Shown: positions 9,531 through 20,174, counted from the first letter of the stretch. The stretch is 64,000 nucleotides of DNA from Nitrospinales bacterium (GCA_965223345.1 CBDCWG010000012.1:1536001-1600000); one strand, 5' to 3'. The notes: generated by a model from the letters alone, not told the origin. Translations and numbers: made by a program.

Positions 9531-10991
9531 ATGGGAAACCCGTTCACAGCAATTCCCTGGGGCGTCGTCCTGATTCTGCTGCCGCTTGCGGGGGGACTGG
9601 CCTGTTTTTTGTGGCCCAGGCTGTCGAAGGCACTGGGATTGTTTTTTGCGGTTGCGACTGCTGTTTCCGTTGCCGGTCTGGGTTGGCAGTTGAAGAGCAC
9701 GGGCGTCTATCGTCACGCCATCGGCGGTTGGGGCGCTCCATTGGGGATCGATCTTCACGCCGACGGCCTGAGCCTGTTGATGCTCGCGGCAACGGCTCTC
9801 GTCGGACTGGGCATCAGCATCTACTCGGCGCGATATTTTGAGGGGGAAGAACGGGCCCGATTCTGGCCGCTCTGGTTGTCGCTGCTGGCCGCGTTGAACG
9901 CGCTGTTTTTATCGGCCGATGTTTTCAATCTGTATGTCTGCCTTGAGTTGATGGGGCTGGCCGCGGTCTCCCTTGCCGCCTTGAAAGGAGGAAAGGATGC
10001 GCTGAGCGGGGCCATGCGCTATCTGCTGGCCACGTTGCTGGGGTCGCTGGCTTATCTGCTGGGGATCGCGCTGCTCTATCATGGCTTCGGCAGCATGGAC
10101 CTCGCGATCCTGGCCGGGAGTGTGAAGGCTTCTCCCGAGGTCTGGGCCGCGCTGGGACTGATCGCTTCCGGCCTGCTGCTGAAAACCGCACTTGTCCCGT
10201 TGCATTTCTGGCTGCCGTCCGCCCACGCAAGCGCACCCGCACCGGTGAGCGCGCTGCTTTCCGCGCTGGTGGTCAAGGCCTCTTTCTATATCCTGCTGCG
10301 TTTGTGGCTGGAAATCTTCAGCGCACTGGGTGCGGGGATGGATGCCCTGCTCGGTCTGCTCGGCTGCGCGGCCGTGCTCTGGGGATCGTTGCAGGCCTTG
10401 CGGCAGACCCGGTTGAAGCTGCTGGTGGCGTATTCCACGGTGGCCCAGATCGGCTATCTGTTCATCGCTTTCCCCCTTGCCGTGAGCTCCGGTGCGACGG
10501 CCTGGAACGGGGCGGCTTATTTGGCGCTTTCCCATGCGCTGGCAAAAGCGGCCCTGTTTCTCGCCGCAGGAAATGTGATGCACTTCGGAGGCCACGACCG
10601 CATTGCCGACCTGAATCAGGTGGTGCAGCGTATCCCGGTCACGGCGGGCGCTTTCGCGCTGGCGGGAGTCAGCATCATGGGGCTGCCGCCGAGCGGTGGT
10701 TTTATCGGCAAGTGGCTGCTTATGGAGTCGGCTTTGACACAGGGGCGGTGGGGTTTCCTTACGGTCCTGGTGATCGGGGGGCTGCTGGCCGCGGGTTATG
10801 TTTTCAAGGTGCTGGGGCATGGCTTCACCCGCGCCGCCGTTGCGCAGAAGCCGAGAACGGTCCCGGCCAGCATGGAATGGGCGGCCATGCTGCTCGCACT
10901 GGGAGCGATTCTGCTCGGGTTTCTGGCCTTGCCGGTTTTTTCGCTGATTGAAATCGGCGACCCATTCGCGAGCGGTGAGGTGCAACCATGA
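9531..10991 (+). CDS. mrpD: Mrp subunit D (NuoL/M/N-like)
   Basis: DVFNLYVCLEL, LKTALVPLHFWLPSAH, AYSTVAQIGY, GLPP..GF.GKW. Confidence 0.9.
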   Translation: MGNPFTAIPWGVVLILLPLAGGLACFLWPRLSKALGLFFAVATAVSVAGLGWQLKSTGVYRHAIGGWGAPLGIDLHADGLSLLMLAATALVGLGISIYSARYFEGEERARFWPLWLSLLAALNALFLSADVFNLYVCLELMGLAAVSLAALKGGKDALSGAMRYLLATLLGSLAYLLGIALLYHGFGSMDLAILAGSVKASPEVWAALGLIASGLLLKTALVPLHFWLPSAHASAPAPVSALLSALVVKASFYILLRLWLEIFSALGAGMDALLGLLGCAAVLWGSLQALRQTRLKLLVAYSTVAQIGYLFIAFPLAVSSGATAWNGAAYLALSHALAKAALFLAAGNVMHFGGHDRIADLNQVVQRIPVTAGAFALAGVSIMGLPPSGGFIGKWLLMESALTQGRWGFLTVLVIGGLLAAGYVFKVLGHGFTRAAVAQKPRTVPASMEWAAMLLALGAILLGFLALPVFSLIEIGDPFASGEVQP

Positions 10992-12487
10992 ACTGGAATG
11001 CCTGGATTCCACTCCTGGTGGTGGCGAGTTCCCTGCTGCCCGGTTTGATCATCTTCGGCCTGGCTGAGGAAAGGGTGCGCCTGCGCACGGTGCTCAACCT
11101 GTCCGGCGCTTTGGTCAAACTCGCACTGGTGGGCTGGATGCTGTGGGGCGTCTACCACGAGCATCAATATGAAACCCGGTGGGCGCTGTTGCCGAACCTG
11201 GAATTCGTATTGCGGGCCGGGCCGCTGTCTTTATTGTTGGTTACCCTGTCCTCCTTGCTTTGGCTGGTCACCACCGTCTATGCCATCGGCTATCTGGAAG
11301 GCTCGCCGCATCGCAGCCGCTTCTTCGGCTTTTTCAGCCTGTGCGTGACCGCCACCGTCGGCGTGGCCCTTTCGGGAAATCTGATCACGTTCCTCCTGTT
11401 TTACGAACTGTTGACCCTTTCAACCTATCCGCTGGTGGTGCATCGCGGTACGGAAGTGGCCCGCCGTGCCGGGCAGTCCTACCTGGCGTACACGATCTTC
11501 GGCGGCGCTTTGCTGCTGCTTGGAACCGTGTGGCTCTATACCCTGGCGGGGACTCTGGAGTTCACCCCGCAGGGATTTCTCAACGACCTCGGTGACGCGC
11601 ATCGTCCTGCCTTGTGGATGATCTTCTTTTTGCTGATCGCCGGGCTGGGGGTGAAGGCGGCGCTGGTGCCGCTGCACGGCTGGCTCCCGCAGGCCATGGT
11701 CGCGCCGGCGCCGGTCAGTGCGCTGCTGCACGCGGTCGCTGTGGTGAAGGCGGGCGCGTTCGGCATCGTGCGCGTGGTCTACGACGTGTTCGGGGTGGAC
11801 TTTGCCAACGGACTGGGTGTGACCGACCCGCTGGCATGGCTGGCGGGGTTCACGATCATCTACGGTTCGCTGCGCGCCCTGTTTCAGAATGACCTGAAGC
11901 GCAGGCTGGCGTTCTCGACGGTGAGTCAGGTGTCCTACATCGCTTTGGGCGTCGCCATCGGCGGACCGCTCGCCACCATCGGCGGGGTGGTGCACCTGGT
12001 GCATCAGGGCTTGATGAAAATCACTCTGTTCTTTTGCGCCGGCAATCTGGCCGAGACCCTGGGCATCCACAAGGTGAGTGAGATGAACGGTGTGGGAAAA
12101 CGCATGCCCTGGACGATGGCGGCCTTCACGATCGGGGTGTTCGGCATGATGGGGGCGCCACCGATTGCCGGGTTCGTGAGCAAATGGTACCTGGGTCTGG
12201 GCGCGCTGGAAGCGGGGCAGGAATGGGCGATCCTCGTGCTGGCCGGCAGCAGCCTGCTCAACGCCGCCTATTTTCTGCCGATTCTGCATCGCGCCTGGTT
12301 CCGCGAGCCGCCGGATGCCTGGCCGGAAGAGCACAATTTCGGTCGTAAGGAAACCGCATGGGCGCTGTTACTGCCACCCGTGGCCACCGCGTTGATGGCC
12401 CTGGGCGTGGGGATTCTGGCTTCGATCCCCTTCAGTCCCCTGGAGTGGGCGCAACTCATTGCGGAGCGGGAGTTTTACAAGCCATGA
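10988..12487 (+). CDS. Second MrpD/MrpA-like antiporter subunit
   Basis: KAALVPLHGWLPQAM.AP.PVSALLHAVAVVKAG, LAFSTVSQVSY. Confidence 0.88.
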   Translation: MNWNAWIPLLVVASSLLPGLIIFGLAEERVRLRTVLNLSGALVKLALVGWMLWGVYHEHQYETRWALLPNLEFVLRAGPLSLLLVTLSSLLWLVTTVYAIGYLEGSPHRSRFFGFFSLCVTATVGVALSGNLITFLLFYELLTLSTYPLVVHRGTEVARRAGQSYLAYTIFGGALLLLGTVWLYTLAGTLEFTPQGFLNDLGDAHRPALWMIFFLLIAGLGVKAALVPLHGWLPQAMVAPAPVSALLHAVAVVKAGAFGIVRVVYDVFGVDFANGLGVTDPLAWLAGFTIIYGSLRALFQNDLKRRLAFSTVSQVSYIALGVAIGGPLATIGGVVHLVHQGLMKITLFFCAGNLAETLGIHKVSEMNGVGKRMPWTMAAFTIGVFGMMGAPPIAGFVSKWYLGLGALEAGQEWAILVLAGSSLLNAAYFLPILHRAWFREPPDAWPEEHNFGRKETAWALLLPPVATALMALGVGILASIPFSPLEWAQLIAEREFYKP

Positions 12488-13755
12488 TCGAGCAGATTCA
12501 CAGTCTCCTGCTTTTGATCGCTGTGGTCTGGCCTTTGCTGCTGGCCATCCCGGCGTTGCACTCGCGCCTGCCCTGGCCCCGTCATCTGGCCATCGCACCC
12601 GCCGTGGTGCTCATCGTGTTGCCGGGGGAGGGTTCCCTCGTGCTGCCCTGGTTTCTTTTTGGAACCGGGTTGGCCCTCGATACGGATAGCCGCTGGATTC
12701 TGCTGATGTCCGTCGCGGTCTGGTTCCTCGCGGTGATGCTCTCGCGGTCTTCGAGAGACTTCTCTCCGGGATACGACAACGCCAACACGCTTTTTCTGCT
12801 GACCCTGGCTGGAAACCTGGGCGCTGTTTTGGCAGCCGACCTGGTGGGCTTCTTCTGTTTTTCGACACTCATGGGTTACGGCTTTTACGGTCTGCTGATC
12901 CACGGTGGGGATAAAGAGGTCAGGCGTGCCGGTCGCCTCTATCTGCTGTTTGTGATTGTGGCGGATCTGGTTCTGTTCGAAGCGTTGTTGCTTGCGGCCT
13001 CGACGACTTTGGATTTGCGCTATGCGGCGCTGCGTCCGGCAATGGCCGGGGCTCCTTCCTTGCAGTTTTATTCCTGGATGGTTCTGATCGGGTTTGCGCT
13101 CAAGGCGGGAATCTGGCCGCTGCATCTGTGGCTGCTGGGCGCATTCAATTTGCAGCGCCGATCGACGACCTGGTTGCTGGCAGGCGTGCCGGTCGCCATG
13201 GGGCTGCTGGGCGCGGTGCGTTGGTTCCCGTCAGGCGAAACGGCCTTGGAGGTTTTGGGCACGACGATGCAGGTGATGGGGGTGGCGGCTTTGCTGTACG
13301 CGGCGCTGAAGTTTTTCAGGCCGGATTTCGTGAGAATGCGGCCGGCCTGGGCGACCCTGGCCGTCACCGGGTTGTTTGTCGCCGCTTTGGGAACGGGGCT
13401 GGCACAGCCTGGTTTATGGCGTCCGTACGCGGGCCTGATGCATCCCTTGATTGCCGCATCGGGTATTTTCCTGACGGCACTCACTGTTGTTATCGGCCGG
13501 CGGCAGGAGACGCATCCGCAGCACGGGAAAGCTTTGAGCCCTTCGGTTGCGGGATGGTGGAGCGTGGCCCGGCGCTGGATTCGACACCGGGGTCTCAAGG
13601 TCCAGTCCTTTTGGCGCGCTATCTGGTTGCAAGCGGCCGGGTTTTTTCGGGAGCATGCGGATTGGCAAAAACCCGCTTTCCCTGCGGGGGGATGGAGTGC
13701 GGCGATTTCCCTGTTCGTCCTTCTGGGACTGGTGATCGCGTGGCTTTCCTATTGA
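12484..13755 (+). CDS. Third, divergent proton-conducting antiporter-like subunit
   Basis: GFALKAGIWPLHLWL motif; ATGA overlap with previous gene; C-terminal half diverged. Confidence 0.75.
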   Translation: MIEQIHSLLLLIAVVWPLLLAIPALHSRLPWPRHLAIAPAVVLIVLPGEGSLVLPWFLFGTGLALDTDSRWILLMSVAVWFLAVMLSRSSRDFSPGYDNANTLFLLTLAGNLGAVLAADLVGFFCFSTLMGYGFYGLLIHGGDKEVRRAGRLYLLFVIVADLVLFEALLLAASTTLDLRYAALRPAMAGAPSLQFYSWMVLIGFALKAGIWPLHLWLLGAFNLQRRSTTWLLAGVPVAMGLLGAVRWFPSGETALEVLGTTMQVMGVAALLYAALKFFRPDFVRMRPAWATLAVTGLFVAALGTGLAQPGLWRPYAGLMHPLIAASGIFLTALTVVIGRRQETHPQHGKALSPSVAGWWSVARRWIRHRGLKVQSFWRAIWLQAAGFFREHADWQKPAFPAGGWSAAISLFVLLGLVIAWLSY

Positions 13756-13924
13756 GGAAAGCGTGTTGCGTGTCACCGCTTCCTTTTTCCTGTATTTTGG
13801 CGCGGGAGACGGTCTTGCGCCGGATACCGCGCCGTTTGAAATTGATCGATCCTTTGCCAGCGTTTATCATCTGGGCAACGCCAAACTGGAAACAGGATCG
13901 TTCGAATTTTTGGAGCTGTCGGGT

Positions 13925-14713
13925 TTGAATTCAATCAAATTGTTGTGCATCGCTGTTTTGGGAATGTCGTTTTCATCCTCTGTGAGCGCAAATCCGCCGG
14001 AAACGCCGGCAAAAACGTTCCTCTCTCCTTCCACGAACATGGAATTCGTTCACCTGCCGGGAGGGTGCTACCAGATGGGGTCGGAGAACGGGTTTCATTT
14101 TGAACGGCCGGTTCACGAAGTGTGCGTCGGCCCGTTTTATCTGGGGCGCTACGAGGTGACCCAGAAGCAGTGGGTGGAAATCATGGGAAACAACCCTTCC
14201 AAGTTTCAGGGAGAAGACCGGCCCGTGGACCGGGTGTCCTGGCTGGATGCCCGTGATTTCGTGAAGAGACTGAACGAACGCGAGTCGGATGTCCTGTACC
14301 GGCTTCCGACGGAAGCGGAATGGGAATACGCGGCGCGCGCGGGAACGACGACGGAATATTATTGGGGGGATACCGTCGATAACGATTACGTCTGGTATTA
14401 CGGGACCTCGGAGTTTCAGACGCATCCGGTTGGAACCAAGAAAGCGAATCCGTTCGGCCTGTTCGACATGCTGGGAAATGTGTGGGAGTGGACCAGCGAC
14501 TGGTTTGCCGCCGATTATTATCAGAAAAGCCCGAAGATGAACCCGCCCGGACCCGAGACCGGAAAATTCAAGGTGCGCCGCGGTGGTTCGTCCGCAAACC
14601 TCATAAGCCATATCCGTTCGGCGACCCGTTACCGGGGCAAGCTGGATCGCAGGCACCACATTCTGGGCCTGCGCGTCGCCCGGTCGGTGGCAAAGCCTGA
14701 AAGCAAGCGTTGA
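13925..14713 (+). CDS. Formylglycine-generating enzyme (FGE/SUMF1)-domain secreted protein
   Basis: YEVTQ.QW, RLPTEAEWEYAARAG, NPFGLFDMLGNVWEW, RGGS; probable TTG start at 13925 with signal peptide. Confidence 0.88.
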   Translation: MNSIKLLCIAVLGMSFSSSVSANPPETPAKTFLSPSTNMEFVHLPGGCYQMGSENGFHFERPVHEVCVGPFYLGRYEVTQKQWVEIMGNNPSKFQGEDRPVDRVSWLDARDFVKRLNERESDVLYRLPTEAEWEYAARAGTTTEYYWGDTVDNDYVWYYGTSEFQTHPVGTKKANPFGLFDMLGNVWEWTSDWFAADYYQKSPKMNPPGPETGKFKVRRGGSSANLISHIRSATRYRGKLDRRHHILGLRVARSVAKPESKR

Positions 14714-14826
14714 ATCTCTGATTCACGGGGAGCGCTTTATTGCTGCAATTCCCCGGAAAACAGGCGGCGTTTGTTTTGAAACCCGCAGAGGAGGAAGGCC
14801 CGGTCAGGATCAAAAAGAGGGGGAGT

Positions 14827-15951
14827 TCAGCGCATGGGGATTTCAAAGCTGAAGGTCGATCCGGAGCCGAGGACGCTTTCCACTTCCATGCGGCCCCGGT
14901 GGGCTTCGACCACTTTTTTCGATATGGCGAGTCCCAGTCCCGAACTGGGCTCTCCGCCTGTGGCTTTGGCTTTCAACTTCTGGAACATCTGGAACAGCTT
15001 GCCGCGGTCTTCGGGGTCGATCCCCGGTCCCAGATCCTCGACGCTGACCTTGGCGTGCTTGCCGTAGCTTTTCAGGCGGACGTAGACGGGGTTGTCGGGG
15101 CTGGAAAACTTGATGGCATTGCTCAGCAGATTGTCCAGAACCTGGGCGATGCGTTCCGCGTCGAACCCGAACTTGGGCAGGGCGTCCAGCTTGGGGTGGA
15201 TCGAAATCTTCTTTTTTTCGGCGAAGGTTCGATGGAAGGCCACCCGCTCCTCGATCAGCTCCTGCAGGGACCGCGTTTCGAAGTTGAGCACCAGCTTTTG
15301 GTTTTCCAGCAGGGAGGCGTCGAGGATGTCGTCGAGCAGGAACAGCATGTTGTTGTTCGCCGTGTGGATGGAGGTGATGAATTTTTTCAGCGTCTCAGGA
15401 TCGAGCTCGTCCAGATCCTCGAGGATGATCTCGGTGAGGCCGCGGATCGAGGTGATCGGGGAGCGCAGATCGTGCGACGCCATGGCCACGAAAGCGTTCA
15501 TCAGATCGTTGAGCTCGGTCAGTTTCCGGTTTTTATCATCGAGCGCCTGAATGGTGTTCCTGAGTTCGAGGTGGGTGCGGACGCGGGCGCGCACCTCGTC
15601 TTTGCGGAAGGGCTTGATGATGTAATCCGCGCCGCCCACATCGAAGCCGTTGACGATGTTTTCCCCTTCCATCTTGTCGGTGATGAAAATCACGGGGATG
15701 TGCTTCTGATCGGGGACCTCTTTTATTTTCCGGCACAGCTCGTAGCCGCAGTCCTCGCGTATTCGGGTGTCCAGCAGGATGAGGTCCGGCCGCAGACGGG
15801 ACACTTTCTCGATAAAATCCGCGTCCCGGTCGAGGGCCAGAACCGCATAACCATCCTGGGCGAGTGCCTGATGCAGGGTTTCAACGGCGTTTTCATCGTC
15901 GTCGGCGATGAGGACCTTCAGGGTCCCGGTTTTAAGAAGGGGTTTCTGCAT
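14827..15951 (-). CDS. Hybrid receiver-histidine kinase
   Basis: REC (IADDD, LLD, KPF), SHDLRSP H-box, NAIKFS, DLGPGI, GLGLAI. Confidence 0.93.
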   Translation of the reverse strand: MQKPLLKTGTLKVLIADDDENAVETLHQALAQDGYAVLALDRDADFIEKVSRLRPDLILLDTRIREDCGYELCRKIKEVPDQKHIPVIFITDKMEGENIVNGFDVGGADYIIKPFRKDEVRARVRTHLELRNTIQALDDKNRKLTELNDLMNAFVAMASHDLRSPITSIRGLTEIILEDLDELDPETLKKFITSIHTANNNMLFLLDDILDASLLENQKLVLNFETRSLQELIEERVAFHRTFAEKKKISIHPKLDALPKFGFDAERIAQVLDNLLSNAIKFSSPDNPVYVRLKSYGKHAKVSVEDLGPGIDPEDRGKLFQMFQKLKAKATGGEPSSGLGLAISKKVVEAHRGRMEVESVLGSGSTFSFEIPMR

Positions 15952-16010
15952 GATCCATGTTCCCGCTCATGAGGGGTTTGCGAGTGATGTGTTGTGGATG
16001 GGTTTTTCGT

Positions 16011-16026
16011 CGCAATGTGCACGCCA
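16011..16026 (-). promoter_or_regulatory. Sigma54 promoter for the hybrid kinase
   Basis: Minus strand TGGCGTGCACATTGCG, GG-N10-GC with TTGC, 60 bp before start. Confidence 0.6.
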
Positions 16027-16308
16027 TCCCATGCGCGCCTTTGATGTAAAAAAACTTTTACAATGGCTGGGTTTGACGCTGTTTTGTGGAGTGGATTCCT
16101 CGATGAAAGAAAATAAGGATTGAATTCAGAAGGAATAAAGATTTACTATCTAGAGCAATATGCCGGTTTTTCGGAGAAGGTGCAATTGAAATGTCCTCAT
16201 CGGCAGCAGATTGAAAGACCGTTCCGATAAGTCGATCGTTTCCCCGCCTTAAAAAGTCGTCTTCTCCATTTCATTCTTTGAACGCATCACACAAAAACGG
16301 TATCCGAA

Positions 16309-18231
16309 TTGAAAAACATTCCGCGGACGCCCCTTCGTGCACCGGTTCGAACTCCCTTCGGAGTCGCCCTCGTGCGTTGCCTGCTTGCGGTCGTGTTCGG
16401 GCTCCCGGGAGGATGGGGTTCGCCTTTTTGGGCGGAAGCGCAAAGCCATGCCTCCAAGCGGGTCGCGCTCTCCGATTGGGGACTGACCCATCCCTCGCAG
16501 ATCGGTTTCCTCTCGCTCGGCATCCTCAAGAACAAAGACGGCCCTGAGATCATCGTTTACGACATGCGCGCAAAGAAACCGGTGTTGCAGGACAAATCCA
16601 CTTCGCAGGGTCGGGTGCCGGCTTTTTCGGGCGACGTGTTTCTCGTCGGCAATTTCAATCAGGGCAACGTCAACCGGCTGGGCGGGTATTTCAACGGCTT
16701 CAAACGCGCCCCGTCCACCGCCTCCCTCGCTATCGACACCGCTCCGGAAGGGGGCGAGGCCCTCACGTTTCACTTTAAGAACCGGCCGCCGGGTTTTTCC
16801 GGGTTTTGGGTGCATCTTTTTGATTTCAAACGTCCTCCCGCAGACCGGATCTACCTGGATGCGACGCCGTTTTCCCACCTCACCTTCGCCATCCGCGGAC
16901 TGCGCGGCGACGAGAAACTGGATCTGCGCATCGCCGACCGTACCTGGGAAAAACGCGAAGATTCGATCCTGATTGGCGACATCGCTTCCTTTTCCGGCCG
17001 CAAAACCCTGGGGGAGGCCTGGCAGAGGGTGTGGGTGCCGCTCGCCAAACTGCCCGCCTCGTTGAACCGCAAAGAGCTGGCCAGCCTGGTTTTCCAGGTG
17101 CAGGGCAAGAGCGAAGGCGGGGTGTTCGTGAAGGATGTGGCGTTCACCCGTAGACAGGGCGTCGCCATTCCACAGGGCCAGGCGGCGAACGTGTCCCGGC
17201 GTCCGCTTGCGAAGGCCCTGTGGCTGTGGGAGACGAACAAGATCGTAAAGAGCGGTGCCGAAATGGCGGCGCTGCTGGATTTCTGCAAACAGCACGCGAT
17301 CACCGAATTGTTCGTGCAGATTCCCTACGAAGCGGAGCAAAAGAACGGAAAATGGCGGTTCGACTGGGACGCCGCCGCCATGAAACCGTTTCTATCCCGG
17401 CTGCACCGCGCCGGCATTCGCGTTCATGCTTTGGACGGCGACCGCCGATATGCTTTGAGGAAGTGGCACGGGCGGGTTCTGGGCTTGATCGAGCGGGTCA
17501 TCGAATACAACCGCGGTGCGGCGCCGGAGGAACGGTTCATCGGCATCCGTTACGACAACGAACCTTATCTATTGCCCAGCTTCAGCGGCGTGCAGAAAGA
17601 ATCGATCCTGAACCAGTACCTGGAGCTCTTAGAGCGGTCGCAGGCGCTGGCGCGCGAGGGCGGGCTGGTGTTCGGGGTGGACATCCCGTTCTGGTTCGAC
17701 GATGTGAACGAGTTTTTCGAGCCCACCGCCCGAGTGCGCGGCCGGCCGGTGAGCGAATCGATCCTCGATATCGTGGACAACGTCGGCATCATGGATTACC
17801 GCACTTCGGCGTACGGCGCGGACGGTGTGATCGCGCATGCGGACAACGAGCTGCGCTACGCGGAAAAAGTCGGGAAAAAGGTCTACATCGGGCTGGAAAC
17901 GGTGTGGCTTCCCGACGAGACGATCTACGAGTTCGGCGTCAAGGGCAGGGGATCGAAGGTCCGCATCCAGGAACTGGAAGGAGACCAGATCCGGCTCGAC
18001 TGGATTCCCGCCGGTGAGCCGACCGCGGCGGGCGGCGGCATCGTGTTGCACCAGCGGCGCGTGGTGGAGGTGCCTTCGACCAAGATCACCTTCGACCGCA
18101 AGACCCCGGAAGATCTGGAAACGGTGCTGCGCCAGTCCGAGCGGGAGTTGCGCCGGTTCAGCAGTTTTTACGGGTTTGTCATCCATTCCTACGAGAGTTA
18201 CCGGTCCTGGCTGAAAAAGGAAACACGTTGA
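16309..18231 (+). CDS. Exported protein: carbohydrate-binding-like domain plus putative TIM-barrel glycoside hydrolase
   Basis: Hydrophobic N-terminus; CBM-like LTF.IRG..G.E...W.RV.VPL; ALWLW, YDNEPY, DIPFWFD, IMDYR, GLET motifs. Confidence 0.6.
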   Translation: MKNIPRTPLRAPVRTPFGVALVRCLLAVVFGLPGGWGSPFWAEAQSHASKRVALSDWGLTHPSQIGFLSLGILKNKDGPEIIVYDMRAKKPVLQDKSTSQGRVPAFSGDVFLVGNFNQGNVNRLGGYFNGFKRAPSTASLAIDTAPEGGEALTFHFKNRPPGFSGFWVHLFDFKRPPADRIYLDATPFSHLTFAIRGLRGDEKLDLRIADRTWEKREDSILIGDIASFSGRKTLGEAWQRVWVPLAKLPASLNRKELASLVFQVQGKSEGGVFVKDVAFTRRQGVAIPQGQAANVSRRPLAKALWLWETNKIVKSGAEMAALLDFCKQHAITELFVQIPYEAEQKNGKWRFDWDAAAMKPFLSRLHRAGIRVHALDGDRRYALRKWHGRVLGLIERVIEYNRGAAPEERFIGIRYDNEPYLLPSFSGVQKESILNQYLELLERSQALAREGGLVFGVDIPFWFDDVNEFFEPTARVRGRPVSESILDIVDNVGIMDYRTSAYGADGVIAHADNELRYAEKVGKKVYIGLETVWLPDETIYEFGVKGRGSKVRIQELEGDQIRLDWIPAGEPTAAGGGIVLHQRRVVEVPSTKITFDRKTPEDLETVLRQSERELRRFSSFYGFVIHSYESYRSWLKKETR

Positions 18232-20174
18232 GCTTCAATCGAAGAGGAATGCAGACGGCGCTGGCGGTGGCTTGGTTGCTGCTTTGCGTTTTGTCTCCGG
18301 TTGCATTGTACGCTCAGGAGATCGACCGCGAAGCGATGATGCAACAGGCGAGGCAGGCCGGCTGGCAGGGTGATCACGCCCGGTCGGAATCCCTTTATCG
18401 CGAATTGCTGGAGGCCCGTCCGGACGATCTGGAAGCTTGGCTGGGGCTGGCGCAGGTGTTGAGCTGGCAGAAAAAGTTTTCCCAGTCGCGCGAGATCTAT
18501 CAAAAGGTCGAGGGCATGCGCCCGGATCTGCCCGACGGCCGCATTGGTCTGCTGCGGCTTCTGGCCTGGGAGGGCAAGCACGCCGAGGCCGAGGCGGGGT
18601 TGAAGGAATTGCTCGAACAGCATCCGGAGCGGTTCGATATCCTGTCGCTGCTCGGGCAGGTCACCGCCTGGCAGAAAAAGTTTCCCGAGAGCATCGCTTA
18701 CTACCAGACGCTGCTCAAGCTGTATCCAGGCAATCTGGAAGCCCTCAAGGGGCTGGCCCGCACCTACAAATGGATGGAGAACGCCGAGGCAGGCATCGCC
18801 CTCAACCAACAGATCCTGGAAAAGGACCCGGACAACCTGCAGGCCACCCTGGACACCGGCATCCTGTACAGCCAGGTCGGCGACTATGAAAACGCCATCG
18901 ACTACCTGGAACAGGCGCGCGAACTGGCGCCGGAGCGCCAGGACATCCGCGCCATGCTGGGCACGCTCTACAGCTGGACGGAACGGCTCGACGATGCGGT
19001 GACGGAGCTGCAAAAATCCCTGGCGCTGGAACGCGGCGACATCGCGGGCTACATCTCGCTCGGGCGCGTGTACAGCTGGCAGAAAAAGACCGAAGAGTCG
19101 ATCCGGCTGTACGAGGAAGCGCTCAAGATCGATCCGCAAAACACCGAAGCGCTGGTCGGCCTGGGCCGGACCTATCTGTTCGACGACCAGTGGGACCGCG
19201 CCGAGCAGCAGTACCGCGAAGCCCTGAGAATCCGCCCGGACGACGTGGACGCGCAGAACGCGCTCAAGCGGCTGGAAGAGATCAAGGCGCCGGAGGCGGT
19301 GCTGCGCTTCGATTATTTCGAATTCAAGGATCACGATCCCGAAGCGGGGCGGCTGGATTCGGTAGTCACGGATTTTCGCGAAACCGCGGAGTATTTTCAC
19401 AAGTTTTCCGCGCACACCAAGCTGCAGGTGCGCTACCAGCGGTCCGACCTCAAGCAGGTGGACAAGATTTTCAACGACACCGATTACAAAATCGACACCA
19501 ACACCGTGTCGCTGGGGCTGACGCAGCGGCTGCCGCAGAACTTCGGGGTGCGGGCGCGCTACGACTACAGCCGCTTCGACAACGACGGCGATAATTTTTT
19601 CAACCTCAAGGACCCGGAAAACGGCCACTCCGGTTATTTCATCCTGACCAAGGGAATCGGCAAGCATTACGGCACCGTGTCCTACGCGCGCGAGTTGTTC
19701 ATCAGCACCGAAACGGGCGATGCGACGGTGGAGTCGATCGACCGTTTTTCCCTGGCGCACGATTACGATTTCACCGAGCATTTTTCGTTTCTCACCGTTC
19801 TCGCCTGGAGCGATTTTTCGACTTCCGGAGGGCTGCGCCAGGACTATCTCATCCGCCCGCGCTACCGCCTGCCGTTTTATGAAAAGGTGCAACTGGAATA
19901 TCAGCTGCGCTACCTGTCCAACCCGGATGAATTCGAAAACAGCTTCATCGTCAACTTTCAGAACCAGATCCTGGAAAAAGTCCGCTACGAAGTGGACTAC
20001 GCGCTGTCGTTCAATTCGTTCGACGATGCGCTGGAAAACCTGACCACGTTTTTCATCTCCTGGGACATTTCCAAATGCCTTTCCTTGAACGCGGACGCGC
20101 GCTTTTCCATCGAGACGCTCGACGATCAGGATATTTCCCAGAGCTACCAGGCCTACCTGAGAATCAAGTTTTGA
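18228..20174 (+). CDS. TPR-repeat plus outer-membrane beta-barrel protein (YaiO/PgaA-like architecture)
   Basis: Signal peptide, ~9 TPR repeats, aromatic-rich alternating C-terminal strands ending YLRIKF. Confidence 0.8.
   Translation: MSFNRRGMQTALAVAWLLLCVLSPVALYAQEIDREAMMQQARQAGWQGDHARSESLYRELLEARPDDLEAWLGLAQVLSWQKKFSQSREIYQKVEGMRPDLPDGRIGLLRLLAWEGKHAEAEAGLKELLEQHPERFDILSLLGQVTAWQKKFPESIAYYQTLLKLYPGNLEALKGLARTYKWMENAEAGIALNQQILEKDPDNLQATLDTGILYSQVGDYENAIDYLEQARELAPERQDIRAMLGTLYSWTERLDDAVTELQKSLALERGDIAGYISLGRVYSWQKKTEESIRLYEEALKIDPQNTEALVGLGRTYLFDDQWDRAEQQYREALRIRPDDVDAQNALKRLEEIKAPEAVLRFDYFEFKDHDPEAGRLDSVVTDFRETAEYFHKFSAHTKLQVRYQRSDLKQVDKIFNDTDYKIDTNTVSLGLTQRLPQNFGVRARYDYSRFDNDGDNFFNLKDPENGHSGYFILTKGIGKHYGTVSYARELFISTETGDATVESIDRFSLAHDYDFTEHFSFLTVLAWSDFSTSGGLRQDYLIRPRYRLPFYEKVQLEYQLRYLSNPDEFENSFIVNFQNQILEKVRYEVDYALSFNSFDDALENLTTFFISWDISKCLSLNADARFSIETLDDQDISQSYQAYLRIKF

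Noticed and set aside
9531..13755. NuoL/M/N-like genes as complex I or hydrogenase subunits
   Set aside because: Flanked by mrpE/F/G/B/C with no Fe-S or catalytic subunits nearby, so read as an Mrp antiporter.
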